DNA of 51,590 bases from a virus (taxonomy: Duplodnaviria; Caudoviricetes): the IMG/VR virus record IMGVR_UViG_3300036859_000764, positions 1 through 51,590 of that record, one strand, 5' to 3'. The number at the start of each line of letters is the position of its first letter. Within the stretch, counting starts at the first letter, position 1. This document shows positions 1-8,697 of this stretch, piece after piece. The notes beneath the pieces were generated by a model. The model saw only the letters and a list, made by a program, of their open reading frames with translations, was not told the origin of the DNA and did not search any database. The translations under genes and the position numbers were made by a program.

Positions 1-127
1 GGTAGCCCCACTCGGAGCGCAACACGTCCACCGCCTCCACGATTTTGTGGTCCTGATGCAGCATGCCTCCGGGCCGCGGCCATTCCGGGGTGCCGCTTGG
101 GTGGCCTGATCGAAACGGCGTCGTGGC
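1..127. repeat. 127-bp exact terminal overlap (copy 1), circular-assembly junction
   Basis: 1-127 is identical to 51464-51590. A reading frame runs through the junction, and 127 is a common assembler k-mer size. Confidence 0.95.
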
Positions 128-382
128 CAGCCACCACTCCACCGTCTCGATCGCGTCGCCGTCGTCTTCCGCCAGGATTCGAGATGGACAAACCGTGACC
201 TCTATGCGGGGCCGCTTGTCTGGCCCTATTCCTGAGCGATAGACGACTGCGGCCCGGGCGGGATCTCCGTCGCAGTTGAGGGCTCGGTCCCAGCCTCGCG
301 CTCGATGGGCGGCGCAGGAGAGACGCCACCTTCCCCCGTCACCAGACGCAGCGACGTGGAGCGCGAGGCGGAGGCGTTTCCC
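1..382 (-). CDS. Tail assembly chaperone -1 frame extension (gpT-like); continues across the junction to a stop at 51381-51383
   Basis: The -1 frame is open from slippery GGGAAAC (382-376): RLRLALHVAASG...VTVCPSRIL...EWPRPGGMLHQDHKIVEAVDVLRSEWGY...PAGR*. It lies between the chaperone and tape measure genes. Confidence 0.8.
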
Positions 383-771
383 TCTGCCCGCGTCAGCTTC
401 GACTTGTCGAACAGCTTCATCAGGAGCCAGAAGAGCAGCGCGTCGTCGGCCTCCTCCAAGAGGGCTGGCCCCGTGGTGACCAACTCGCCATCAATCTCGA
501 GGTCCTCGACGTCCTTCACGCAGGACGAGAAAAAGGCCTTGAGCTGGTCCTCGGGGATCACCTCGTAGGCCTGCGTCATGATGGCGGCCTTCTGCGTGGG
601 GGTGAGCGTGTCCCCGCGCGCCTTCTCGAACTCGGAGAAGACGGCGATCAGGACCTTGGCCAGCGGCTTCGCCTCTGCTCGCTTCAGCCGTTTCAGCTTC
701 ATGTGGATGGTCACGCCGGGCCCGGCCTCGTAGGGTTCGCGTTCCCAGCGTTTCAGACTCAGGATCGCCAT
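226..771 (-). CDS. Tail assembly chaperone (gpG-like), 181 aa
   Basis: ATG at 771 preceded by GGGAGAAAGG. Lies between tail tube and tape measure genes and contains an in-frame G GGA AAC slippery site. Confidence 0.8.
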   Translation of the reverse strand: MAILSLKRWEREPYEAGPGVTIHMKLKRLKRAEAKPLAKVLIAVFSEFEKARGDTLTPTQKAAIMTQAYEVIPEDQLKAFFSSCVKDVEDLEIDGELVTTGPALLEEADDALLFWLLMKLFDKSKLTRAEGNASASRSTSLRLVTGEGGVSPAPPIEREAGTEPSTATEIPPGPQSSIAQE

Positions 772-859
772 CGGTACCGCCTTTCTCCCGTCACGTGGAA
801 TATGGGGCGGATCGGCAACCGGATATAGGTCCAAGCTGGAACCCTTTTCGGTTGGAAAT

Positions 860-875
860 TGGCACGGTCCTTGCT
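860..875 (+). promoter_or_regulatory. Sigma-54 (-24/-12) promoter
   Basis: TGGCAC-GGTCC-TTGCT matches the RpoN consensus TGGCAC-N5-TTGCW. It is intergenic, about 90 nt upstream of the ATG at 966. Confidence 0.65.
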
Positions 876-965
876 AGTCTCTCCCCGGCGGATAGGGTCG
901 CTCCCGAAGAGCCGGTTCCGCGCCGGCCTTCCGCCTTCACTCCTCGCGGGCCCTGCGGAGGGCGC

Positions 966-1385
966 ATGGTCGACTACGAGCCGTTCGTGGATGCCTTTCT
1001 CGTGTGCCGAGAGGTTCGGCATCCCACGCCGAACGAGACGGACCTGATCGGTATCATCGACACGCACCTGGTCGGCGCCACTGGCCATCGGCGATTCAAG
1101 ATCGAGACCCACCTCTACATCGACGTCAGGCACGATGGGCGAGGGCGAGACTGGCCGCTCACGATCCGAGTCCGAATCCCGAATGGGGAGGTCTTCGATG
1201 TCTCCGTGGTGCCGTTCCACCTTGGCGCCGGCGAACGATCCGTCGGGAAGGACGTGACGATCAGCCTCAATGCGGAGCAGTTCGGAGAGCACCTTATCTC
1301 GCTCGTCTCCGCGGCCGGCGCCGTCGTCGCGCGGACGATCGTCCTCGTCGAAGAGCAGCACGCGCAGGCAGCAGGTCTCCACTGA
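966..1385 (+). CDS. Moron: DUF6941-like small beta-sandwich protein, 139 aa
   Basis: GGAGG RBS before ATG 966. The N-terminus AFLVCREVR...DLIGII resembles DUF6941. Opposite strand to the tail genes. Confidence 0.6.
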   Translation: MVDYEPFVDAFLVCREVRHPTPNETDLIGIIDTHLVGATGHRRFKIETHLYIDVRHDGRGRDWPLTIRVRIPNGEVFDVSVVPFHLGAGERSVGKDVTISLNAEQFGEHLISLVSAAGAVVARTIVLVEEQHAQAAGLH

Positions 1386-1460
1386 TGTGAATGCTCTGGA
1401 ATTGATGGCCGAGGCGAACCGACCTCACGCTGGCGGGATAGTCGACGTCGCGGGGCAGGT

Positions 1461-2039
1461 TCATCGCCCGACGTGGAACCGCGGCGGGATCGGCAGCCGC
1501 CGGAGGAGCTGCTCGCGGACCATGGTGGGGGTCCTGAACACGGCGCGGACGTAGCCCACATCGCCGGCTTGCAGCGGCTTCGCGCGGACCAAGGCGGCCA
1601 CGATCCCCAACAGTTCCCGCGCCTCGGCCTGGTGGACGCCGAGGGCGGCCAGGGCCAGCGTGGCCTCAGCGCGCCAGCCGGGAGGTCGGCCGCCGCGCGC
1701 AGGCGCCGGGAGCGGGAGCGAACGCGCCACGATCCTGACGGCCGACAGCGCCCCCCGGAGATAGCCGGGCATCTCCGCCGGGCCCGGGATCTCCATGGCC
1801 AGGACGGTCTGGAGCGCTTCCTCGAGTTTGGCCAGGGCCGTCTGCTGGTGCCGTAGCACCTCGCGGTGGCGGGCGGTGACACCGGCGACCGTTGAACGCT
1901 GCGCGCCCCAGTACGCGGCGCGCAGGGCCTCCTGGAGCCGGTCCTGGGGACAGCCACGCGCGAGGATCGGGTTGATCAGCCCGCGGACTCGCTCCGTGCC
2001 GACCGCGTGCGCCGGCAAGAGCCAGGCGAAGGGGTCCAC
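1461..2039 (-). CDS. Hypothetical helical protein (moron) inserted after the tail tube gene
   Basis: 192-aa ORF with GTG start 10 nt after the tube stop; RGGRPP motif followed by helices. Confidence 0.5.
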   Translation of the reverse strand: MDPFAWLLPAHAVGTERVRGLINPILARGCPQDRLQEALRAAYWGAQRSTVAGVTARHREVLRHQQTALAKLEEALQTVLAMEIPGPAEMPGYLRGALSAVRIVARSLPLPAPARGGRPPGWRAEATLALAALGVHQAEARELLGIVAALVRAKPLQAGDVGYVRAVFRTPTMVREQLLRRLPIPPRFHVGR

Positions 2040-2048
2040 GTTTGGGCC

Positions 2049-3242
2049 TTACAAGAAGCCCAAGGAAATTTCTGAGCCGGGAACCGTGAGCGCGTACGCG
2101 CGCCCGCTCATCTGAACCGAGACCTCGCCGTCCTGGTCTCCAGTCGGAACGGCCGGGATGAACTTCGGCGTCCGCCACGCGACGATCTTCCCGGGGAGTA
2201 CCCCGTTCTGGACGATCACGTCATACGCCGTCAGCGCGAACTGGGCATCGAAATAACCTTCCACTGTCCCCGACAGCAACAGCATGTCGAGGTTCTGCGT
2301 CACGACGATGTTGCTACCGTTCCCGGTGCGCTTGAGACCAGACGGCAGAAGCGAGCACGACTCGTTCTGGCGCAGCTCGGCCGCGTTGTCGCTCTGGAAC
2401 CCGGCCTTGACCAAACAGAGCACACCCGACGCCCCGATAAAGACCTTGGCCGCGCTGGGCAGGAGGGGCTCACCGGCCGTCACGGCCGTTGGGCGAGAGA
2501 CAGCGTGCGTTTCGATCCCCTTGCCCTCACCGGAGTATGCCCCCTCAAGAACTGGCGTGTCTGAAGAGAAGTCGGCGGAAATGTCCAGAGACTTGACACT
2601 GTTCCCGCCCGTCTTGTGGCGGAAATTGTTCCCCTCGACATAGCCCCATAGGTGGATGCTCTTGAGGGCCGGCAGCGGCGTACCGAATCGGTAAGTGGTA
2701 CCGAGGTAGACGTTGCGGCCGGACGCAGGAGCGGCCGAGAGCGCCCGATCAACGGTGATCGTGTCGGTGGCTACGATCGTAACCTGTCGCACTTCTACCC
2801 CGAAGGTGGCGTCCACATCGACGGCGATGAGATCGCCTACCGCGACACCGCTCGCCGCGCCACCGCCGGCCGTGAACACGAGAACAGTTGACGTGGACCC
2901 AGAGGTAAGCGTGGTGTTGGCCGTGGCCTTGTGCTTCGTCCCGAAGTGCGCCTCATAGAACACGTCCATATCCGGCTCGGTGGGCGTCGCAGCGTTGCCG
3001 CTCGGGATGACGTCGCTCGCGATCTGCCAGGTGGAATGCTCTTTGCCCTTCTGGGTGGAGAGGACGGAAGCTTCGTTGCCCTGGTCCTTGTCGCGATCGT
3101 AGCGAGCGATGACTGGCGTCCAAGGATTCCCGGCTCTTGCCTTGAAGGCATCGCCACCGACGAGCGCGCCGGGGGAGTTGCCGAAGACGCTTTCGAGCTG
3201 GACGAACAGCTCCCATTGCCGCGAACTGAAGGGCCCTGCCAT
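2049..3242 (-). CDS. Major tail tube protein with an inserted beta-rich domain
   Basis: 397 aa. N-terminal VQLESVFG, C-terminal WRTPKF...GDQDGEVSVQMSGRAY; follows the tail completion gene. Confidence 0.8.
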   Translation of the reverse strand: MAGPFSSRQWELFVQLESVFGNSPGALVGGDAFKARAGNPWTPVIARYDRDKDQGNEASVLSTQKGKEHSTWQIASDVIPSGNAATPTEPDMDVFYEAHFGTKHKATANTTLTSGSTSTVLVFTAGGGAASGVAVGDLIAVDVDATFGVEVRQVTIVATDTITVDRALSAAPASGRNVYLGTTYRFGTPLPALKSIHLWGYVEGNNFRHKTGGNSVKSLDISADFSSDTPVLEGAYSGEGKGIETHAVSRPTAVTAGEPLLPSAAKVFIGASGVLCLVKAGFQSDNAAELRQNESCSLLPSGLKRTGNGSNIVVTQNLDMLLLSGTVEGYFDAQFALTAYDVIVQNGVLPGKIVAWRTPKFIPAVPTGDQDGEVSVQMSGRAYALTVPGSEISLGFL

Positions 3243-3437
3243 TTACTTCTCCCGCGCCTTCGCCGGCGCCTTCTTGGCGGGCTCGTCCCGCTCGACCTTG
3301 AAGCCTTCCTGTCCGTCGAACTCGGCGGCGACCTCTTCCGGCACGATGGCCGGCATGTCGTTCGACGCATCGCCGAAGCTGCCGATCCTGAGGACGGAGC
3401 CCGGAACGGTCGTAAAGACTTTCGCCTGTCCGCCCAT
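3243..3437 (-). CDS. Small hypothetical protein before the tail tube
   Basis: GGAGG RBS; stop abuts the tube ATG. Confidence 0.6.
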   Translation of the reverse strand: MGGQAKVFTTVPGSVLRIGSFGDASNDMPAIVPEEVAAEFDGQEGFKVERDEPAKKAPAKAREK

Positions 3438-3509
3438 CACACCCTCCACGCCAGGCCCCGAGGCCCTGGCCGCCGGTTCCTCACCGCCCCCGCAACACAC
3501 GGGCGCGCC

Positions 3510-3992
3510 TCATGCGAGCTGCGTCTTCGCGGCGAACGATAGCCGCGCGTGGTGACACAGCACGCTCGACATCATCCGGTGGTCGAACTCCCCCACCGCC
3601 GGCCACTCGCCCTCGACCATCCGGACAGTCCCGCCGAGCGTCATGTCCGTCCGCAGCGCGTTGTGCAGCGCCTCGACTACCAGCAGGAACGCCTTCTCGC
3701 TGGGCATCGCTCCGCTCGGCGGCACGTCCTCGAGCGCATAGAAGCCGTGGATCTCGAAGCGATAGACGCCGTCCTGGCATCCCATCCGCTGGATGATCCG
3801 CAGCGTCTCGGTCTGCGCCGGCGAGACCCACCAGTAGTGCAGCCGGTTCTGGCCGGTGCCGACCATGACGTCCTTTATTTCCTGCTCGCTCTTCACGAGC
3901 CGGATGTAGTCGTAGACCGGGGCGATGCCGGAGATCCCCGTCACGCCTGCCACCTTGGCGCGGAGAGCGGTCCGGATCGTGGCGAGGCTCAC
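3510..3992 (-). CDS. Tail completion/terminator protein
   Basis: 160 aa with an IRTALRAKV start and the ALRTDMTLGGTV motif typical of tail terminators; synteny. Confidence 0.75.
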   Translation of the reverse strand: MSLATIRTALRAKVAGVTGISGIAPVYDYIRLVKSEQEIKDVMVGTGQNRLHYWWVSPAQTETLRIIQRMGCQDGVYRFEIHGFYALEDVPPSGAMPSEKAFLLVVEALHNALRTDMTLGGTVRMVEGEWPAVGEFDHRMMSSVLCHHARLSFAAKTQLA

Positions 3993-4486
3993 TCATGGCC
4001 CCCCAGCCGTTGCGTGACCCGGACGAGCGCCTGGGCATAGCGCGCCTCGATCGTGCCGCGTGTGGCCGCCAGCCCGTCCTTCGCCATGTTCCAGGCCCGC
4101 GTGCCTTCGCGGCTGATCTTGCGAGCCACCAGGAATCCGGTCGCGCGCGCTTCCTTGTCGCTGAGGCTGAACTTCCGCTTCGCCCAGAGGATCAGCGGCG
4201 CGATCGGTGGCCAGTGCGGACGGGACCCGGTCTCGACCGGGAGCGCGTAGCCGAGCAGGTTGAAGAGCCGCCCCAGGACCTCGTGCGATGTGCCGACTGC
4301 GTTGACCCGCGTCTGCCACGCCTGGCGCAGCAGCCCCAGGTTCGCCGGCGTGCGCGGGATGACGGCCCCGGCGAGCGCGTTGACCCCGTACTCCGTCGCG
4401 GCGACGAGCTCCTCCTGGACGACCCGCGAGCCCTCGCCGCGGAAGAGCGCCGTGTTGGGCACCGAGACCTCGATGGAGAGATCCAT
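3989..4486 (-). CDS. Neck/tail-completion protein (HK97 gp10-like)
   Basis: TPANLGLLRQAW, YALPVETGSRPHWPP and VARKISREGT motifs. Confidence 0.8.
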   Translation of the reverse strand: MDLSIEVSVPNTALFRGEGSRVVQEELVAATEYGVNALAGAVIPRTPANLGLLRQAWQTRVNAVGTSHEVLGRLFNLLGYALPVETGSRPHWPPIAPLILWAKRKFSLSDKEARATGFLVARKISREGTRAWNMAKDGLAATRGTIEARYAQALVRVTQRLGGHE

Positions 4487-5223
4487 CAGTGCGTCCTCGA
4501 GCCGTGGGTGAAGTAGTCGATCATCCCGCGGTGCCCGAAGCCGGGACGGTCGACGTCGCTCATGGAGACCGCGGCCGCGCCTGCGCTCCCGGTCTGCATC
4601 TTGGCGTCCCAGAAACTACGGTAGCGGGCCGCCATCGACCGGTAGGTGTCCGACTTCGTGCGCCGGTCCACCGCGTCGGCCGAGATCGAGGAGTCGACGT
4701 CCTTGGCGTAGAGCGCCGCCAGCATGTCGCAGCAGTTCGCCGCCGCGAGGTCCTTGAAGGCCTCCTCGTCGGCGACCGGGATCGTGCACGTGGTCGAGTT
4801 GACCGTGTGCTGGGCCGTGAACGTGACCAGGAAGAACTCGCTCGCTAGCGGCTGGTGGACCAGGAACCGGAGGAAGAGACCGAGGTCCGTGCGATAGAGG
4901 GCGTACCACTCCGAGGGCAGCGGCGCGGGGACCTGGTCCGTGAGGAGGAACGGATACTGGACCGCGAGGATCGAGGACCCGCCGTCCACGAACCCGGTGA
5001 GGGCCGTGATCGCATAGTCGAAGCCATTGTTCCCGGCGATCTTGAGCGTGACCTCGCGCGGGCGGAGCTTCTCGTATTGCTCTTTCGCGGAAAGGATGGC
5101 TCGGTCGACGTCGCACGTGAGGTCGGGCGCGATCGTCAGCGCGTTGTTGATGTCCTGGATCCGGCCGTGCTTGCCGTCGGTCCCGATGATCCCGGCCCGG
5201 ATCTCGCCGATGTTGGCTGCCAT
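4486..5223 (-). CDS. Head-tail adaptor/connector protein
   Basis: 245 aa, follows capsid accessory genes, translationally coupled to the next gene. Confidence 0.65.
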   Translation of the reverse strand: MAANIGEIRAGIIGTDGKHGRIQDINNALTIAPDLTCDVDRAILSAKEQYEKLRPREVTLKIAGNNGFDYAITALTGFVDGGSSILAVQYPFLLTDQVPAPLPSEWYALYRTDLGLFLRFLVHQPLASEFFLVTFTAQHTVNSTTCTIPVADEEAFKDLAAANCCDMLAALYAKDVDSSISADAVDRRTKSDTYRSMAARYRSFWDAKMQTGSAGAAAVSMSDVDRPGFGHRGMIDYFTHGSRTH

Positions 5224-5232
5224 CGGCGGGGC

Positions 5233-5496
5233 CTACATCACGGCGGAGAAGAGGACGCCCGCCCCCCCGAGAGTGACGTGCGGATCCTGGATGAAGAACG
5301 GCCCCTCGACGACGACGGAGTTCCCGTTGGCAGCCGCCTGCAGCGCCATGACGGTGGTCCCACCGGAGCCGCCCTCCTTGATGACGGCCGTCGCAACGGC
5401 CGCGGCCGGGGTGAGGACGACACGGTGAAGCGTGGCCGGACCGACGCTGATGTCGCCCGTGGCCGTGAAGTGCTTCGGCCGTCCCGCCTCACCCAC
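5233..5496 (-). CDS. Small beta-rich capsid decoration/spike-base-like protein
   Basis: 87 aa, GGAGAG RBS, all-beta pattern, downstream of the capsid gene. Confidence 0.55.
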   Translation of the reverse strand: MGEAGRPKHFTATGDISVGPATLHRVVLTPAAAVATAVIKEGGSGGTTVMALQAAANGNSVVVEGPFFIQDPHVTLGGAGVLFSAVM

Positions 5497-5517
5497 AATG
5501 CACTCTCCGCCGAGCCC

Positions 5518-5922
5518 TTAGATGGGCTCCCAGTCGATGGTGACCTGGCCGGATCCGATCGCCAGCCCGGTCCCGACCTTCACGAACTCGAGATTGAGCT
5601 GGTCGTCGAGCGCCATCGTGAAGGGCGCCGTCAGCGGGATCTCCTTCGGGTCGAAGGCCACGAAGTTGACGCCGGTCGTGACGACCAGCGTGCCGACGGT
5701 CGTGGTGCCGACGCCGGCCGCGCCCTTGTTCCGGATGCTGACGGTCGTGCTGTTCGTGGGGTCGCCCGTGACGGCGACGTCCGACGAGAGCAGAACCCGC
5801 CGCACGCGAAGGGGACACGGGGCAACGAAGATGCCGCGCTCCTCGGTCGCCGTGGCGGCGGCGTGCTGAACGAAGGCGACCTGGGTCGTGTTCTCTTGAG
5901 ACTCCCTGCGTCCTCCGGCCAT
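5518..5922 (-). CDS. Capsid decoration/cement protein
   Basis: 134-aa beta-sandwich pattern with a GAGGGAG RBS, immediately after the capsid gene. Confidence 0.6.
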   Translation of the reverse strand: MAGGRRESQENTTQVAFVQHAAATATEERGIFVAPCPLRVRRVLLSSDVAVTGDPTNSTTVSIRNKGAAGVGTTTVGTLVVTTGVNFVAFDPKEIPLTAPFTMALDDQLNLEFVKVGTGLAIGSGQVTIDWEPI

Positions 5923-5979
5923 GTCGTTCTCCCTCGTCTGCGGGGGCGAGCTCGGCCCGCCCCCTGGTTCCGCTCAGGT

Positions 5980-8385
5980 CTAGGCGACTCCGATGCCGCC
6001 CTGGAAGCCGCGCCAGTCCACGACCTTGCCGCCGTACTCGTGGCGGACCTTCCAGGAGAGCTTGTCGGCCGAGAAGACGCTGCCGACGTTCTCCTGGTCC
6101 TGGGTGAAGAGTGCCGGCTCCTCCTGCCCGTCGACGAAGCCCATCTCGATCGTGTTGACGATGGTCGGGTCGGCCAGGATGTAGTAGTCGCTCGGGTCGG
6201 TGACGTGCTCCAGCACGATCAGCTCGTTCAGCCCGTACCGCTGCGGGATGATGGCTGGCTCGGTCGCGTTCTGGCCCGAGACGGGCGCGACCGGGATCGA
6301 GGTCAACCGCCAGCCGATCTCCTCGAGCTCGGGCGGGACGATCAGGATCTTCGGCGACAGTCCGAGCGGCGTGTTCACGTCCCGGTCGAGCACGCGCAGG
6401 AGACGCTGGCGGGCGATGCCGACCGTCGTGGTGGAGAGGACCGCGGTCTGGATGTTGCCGGCCGAGGAGAAGCCGCGGGTGATCGCCGCCGCGAAGACCG
6501 CGACGCCGTCGTCCAGCGTGGGGTTGGTGATGAACAGGTTGAACACGAACTTGTGGAGCGTGCGCGCCGCGGCGAGAGCCAGGCGCTTCGGCAACTCCTG
6601 CGTCAGGCCCACGTCGTCGTTCTTGATCGCTTCGCGGCTGATCTCCACGATCCCGCCGCGCTTCGAGGGCGCGTAGGTGACCTTCTCGTCCGTCGGGTTG
6701 GAGAGGAGCGGGTAGGGCTGGAGCTGGGCGACCGTCCCCAGGTCCGCGAACGAACCCCAGCGCAGCCGCTCCTGGGTCCGGAAGTCCGACAGCGACGTGA
6801 TGCGCGAGCAGATCCGACGCCACCGCTGCGAGAAGTCGGTGGCCCGGTACTCGGCCAGCATCCGGCGCGTGATCGAGTCGCCCAGGAGGTTCGCGAACGT
6901 GGTCGTCTGGATGGCCTCCAGGATCCGCTGGAACCGGCGCTTCGCCGCGGCGTTGGGGATGTAGCCGGTGACGTCGCGGTCCCCGGTCACGTCCTCATAG
7001 AGCCGCTTGATCGAACGGAAGCCGTCGCGGGGGGCGTCGTGGCCGGTCAGCTTCCTGTACTCGGCCCTGACCTCCTCGGAGGCGCCGCGCATGAAGTAGC
7101 CGTCGACGGCCTCGAGGATCTTGTCGGCCTCGTCCGGGCCGGCCTCGATGGTGGTGCCGAGCCCGGAGCCGATCCGCTGGGCCCCGGCGCTGATCTTGGC
7201 GTCCATCTTCACGGTGCGCTCGACCTCGGCGGAGATGTCCGCGTCGCTCGCGCCCAGGCGCGAGTAGAGGCTCTCGCGCAGGGTCTCGAGGACGCTCGGT
7301 CGCATCGTGCGGTTCTTCAGGAATCGCTCGACCTTGGCCTCGTGGAGCGTGCGCCGGTCGCTCTCGCTCATGGTCGCGGCAGCGGCTGCGGGCTGCGCCT
7401 GGCTGTTGACCATCGCGCGGAGGGCGATCTCGGCGATTGAAGCGTTCGCCGCCGGCGTCGGGGCCGGCGTGGGCGTCGGTGCCGGTGCCGGCTGCATCGC
7501 CTCGAGCAACAGCGCGTCGACCTCGGCCTCGGTCGGCTCGGCTCCGAGCTTGGCGAACAGGTCGGGCCGTGCTTCCTTCAGCTTCGCGATCTTCTTGTCC
7601 AGCATGACGAGGTCCTCCCCGGTCTCGGAGACCGGTGACTTGAGCCCGGCCACGAGCCGCATGACGCGGCCGCCAGCCGAAGGGAACGGCACGACGTCCA
7701 CCGACTCGACGGCCTGGATCTTCTTGACCTTCTTCGCGGCTCCGTCGGCCAGGCGCACGAGGTCGTATTCGCAGGCGGCGCAGTGCGACAGACCGAGCAG
7801 GTCGGGCTTGCCGGCGTCGAACGCCTCGATGAGCTGCTCGCGGAGCTGGGCAGAGGTCACGACCATCGTGGCCAGGACCATCGCCCGCGGCGTTCCCTTG
7901 GCTCCCTCCGGGGTGAGGGTCCCGAAGCGCGCGGCCTCGAGCTGGCCGGCCACATCGCGCGGGTCGCGCATGGACGTCTTCGAGTGGTTGTAGAAGACCT
8001 TCGCGCCCTCATACAGCGGCACGGCCTCGCGCAGGACGTCGGCGGAGTAGAAGGTCCGGTTCTTCGACATCCCCTCGGCGATGGCGCAGACGAGCCACTT
8101 CGCGCCGGGCTTCCCGGAGGCCTCCTCGACGACCGGTCCGAGGATCTGCCCGTGGGCGTTCTCGCGCGAGAGGGCCAGCAGCGGACCGGTCACTTGCTTC
8201 GGCTCGCCGAGCTGGATCTCGTCGCCGACCGTCTTGAGCGGGTAACTTTCCAGCAGCTCGCCGCGCTGGACGATGGCCTCGGTGTCGAAGGCGGCGCGGA
8301 GGCGCCAGCGGGTGTCGCTGCCGATGCCGGCGGAACCGAGCCGGCCACGAAGGAGGGCGTCGACCGCCTCGAGGAGCTTCTTCAC
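5980..8385 (-). CDS. Fused prohead protease-scaffold-major capsid protein (HK97-fold, Mu gpT-like capsid domain), 801 aa
   Basis: N-terminal protease motifs (SKNRTFYS, FYNH, LGLSH, SVDVVPFPSAGG), a Pro/Ala linker, then a capsid domain (ISREAIKNDD, PKILIVPPELE, WKVRHEYGGKVVDWRG). Confidence 0.9.
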   Translation of the reverse strand: MKKLLEAVDALLRGRLGSAGIGSDTRWRLRAAFDTEAIVQRGELLESYPLKTVGDEIQLGEPKQVTGPLLALSRENAHGQILGPVVEEASGKPGAKWLVCAIAEGMSKNRTFYSADVLREAVPLYEGAKVFYNHSKTSMRDPRDVAGQLEAARFGTLTPEGAKGTPRAMVLATMVVTSAQLREQLIEAFDAGKPDLLGLSHCAACEYDLVRLADGAAKKVKKIQAVESVDVVPFPSAGGRVMRLVAGLKSPVSETGEDLVMLDKKIAKLKEARPDLFAKLGAEPTEAEVDALLLEAMQPAPAPTPTPAPTPAANASIAEIALRAMVNSQAQPAAAAATMSESDRRTLHEAKVERFLKNRTMRPSVLETLRESLYSRLGASDADISAEVERTVKMDAKISAGAQRIGSGLGTTIEAGPDEADKILEAVDGYFMRGASEEVRAEYRKLTGHDAPRDGFRSIKRLYEDVTGDRDVTGYIPNAAAKRRFQRILEAIQTTTFANLLGDSITRRMLAEYRATDFSQRWRRICSRITSLSDFRTQERLRWGSFADLGTVAQLQPYPLLSNPTDEKVTYAPSKRGGIVEISREAIKNDDVGLTQELPKRLALAAARTLHKFVFNLFITNPTLDDGVAVFAAAITRGFSSAGNIQTAVLSTTTVGIARQRLLRVLDRDVNTPLGLSPKILIVPPELEEIGWRLTSIPVAPVSGQNATEPAIIPQRYGLNELIVLEHVTDPSDYYILADPTIVNTIEMGFVDGQEEPALFTQDQENVGSVFSADKLSWKVRHEYGGKVVDWRGFQGGIGVA

Positions 8386-8393
8386 GCGCTTGG

Positions 8394-8463
8394 AGCGTGC
8401 GCGCGTGGCCGAAGTCAGATCAAGGGCGTGCTGGCCGTTGGGGTACGTCGGGGCGCATCGTCC
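8394..8463 (-). promoter_or_regulatory. Putative leaderless capsid promoter with upstream ~10-bp direct repeats
   Basis: TTGATC (8423-8418)-N18-CACGCT (8399-8394), 8 nt before GTG 8385, with no RBS. Repeat units at 8427/8436/8446/8456. Confidence 0.5.
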
Positions 8464-8477
8464 GCGACAGGGATCGC

Positions 8478-8693
8478 CTATTCCCGGAGGAACCCCGCCT
8501 CACGGGCGAACCGGACCGCCTCTTCCATCTCGACGCGGAAGTCGCGGCCGATCCGCCCGGCCCTCAGCAGGTCATTGTCGATGCACTTGTAGAGGTACTT
8601 TTTCGAGCACCCGAGGGCGGCCGCCACGTCCGAGAGAAAGAGGGGATGCTGCTCAGACTCTTGCAGGCGCGCGACGATCCTCCGCATCCCCAT
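8478..8693 (-). CDS. Excisionase/BldC-like winged-HTH DNA-binding protein (HTH_17)
   Basis: LSDVAAALGCSKKYLYKCIDNDLLRAGRIGRDFRV. Confidence 0.85.
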   Translation of the reverse strand: MGMRRIVARLQESEQHPLFLSDVAAALGCSKKYLYKCIDNDLLRAGRIGRDFRVEMEEAVRFAREAGFLRE

Positions 8694-8697
8694 CTCG

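Noticed and set aside
1-127. Terminal repeat as a real virion direct terminal repeat
   Set aside because: The length equals a common assembly k-mer and it falls mid-gene, far from terS; best explained as circular overlap.
5941-5965. GC hairpin after the capsid gene as a terminator
   Set aside because: No U-tract on the minus strand; more likely an mRNA-stabilising hairpin, a common feature.
4855-7440. 861-aa plus-strand ORF and other long plus-strand ORFs (e.g. 32265-33890, 35815-37008, 44341-45498)
   Set aside because: Antisense shadows of GC3-biased minus-strand genes, with no motifs or RBS.
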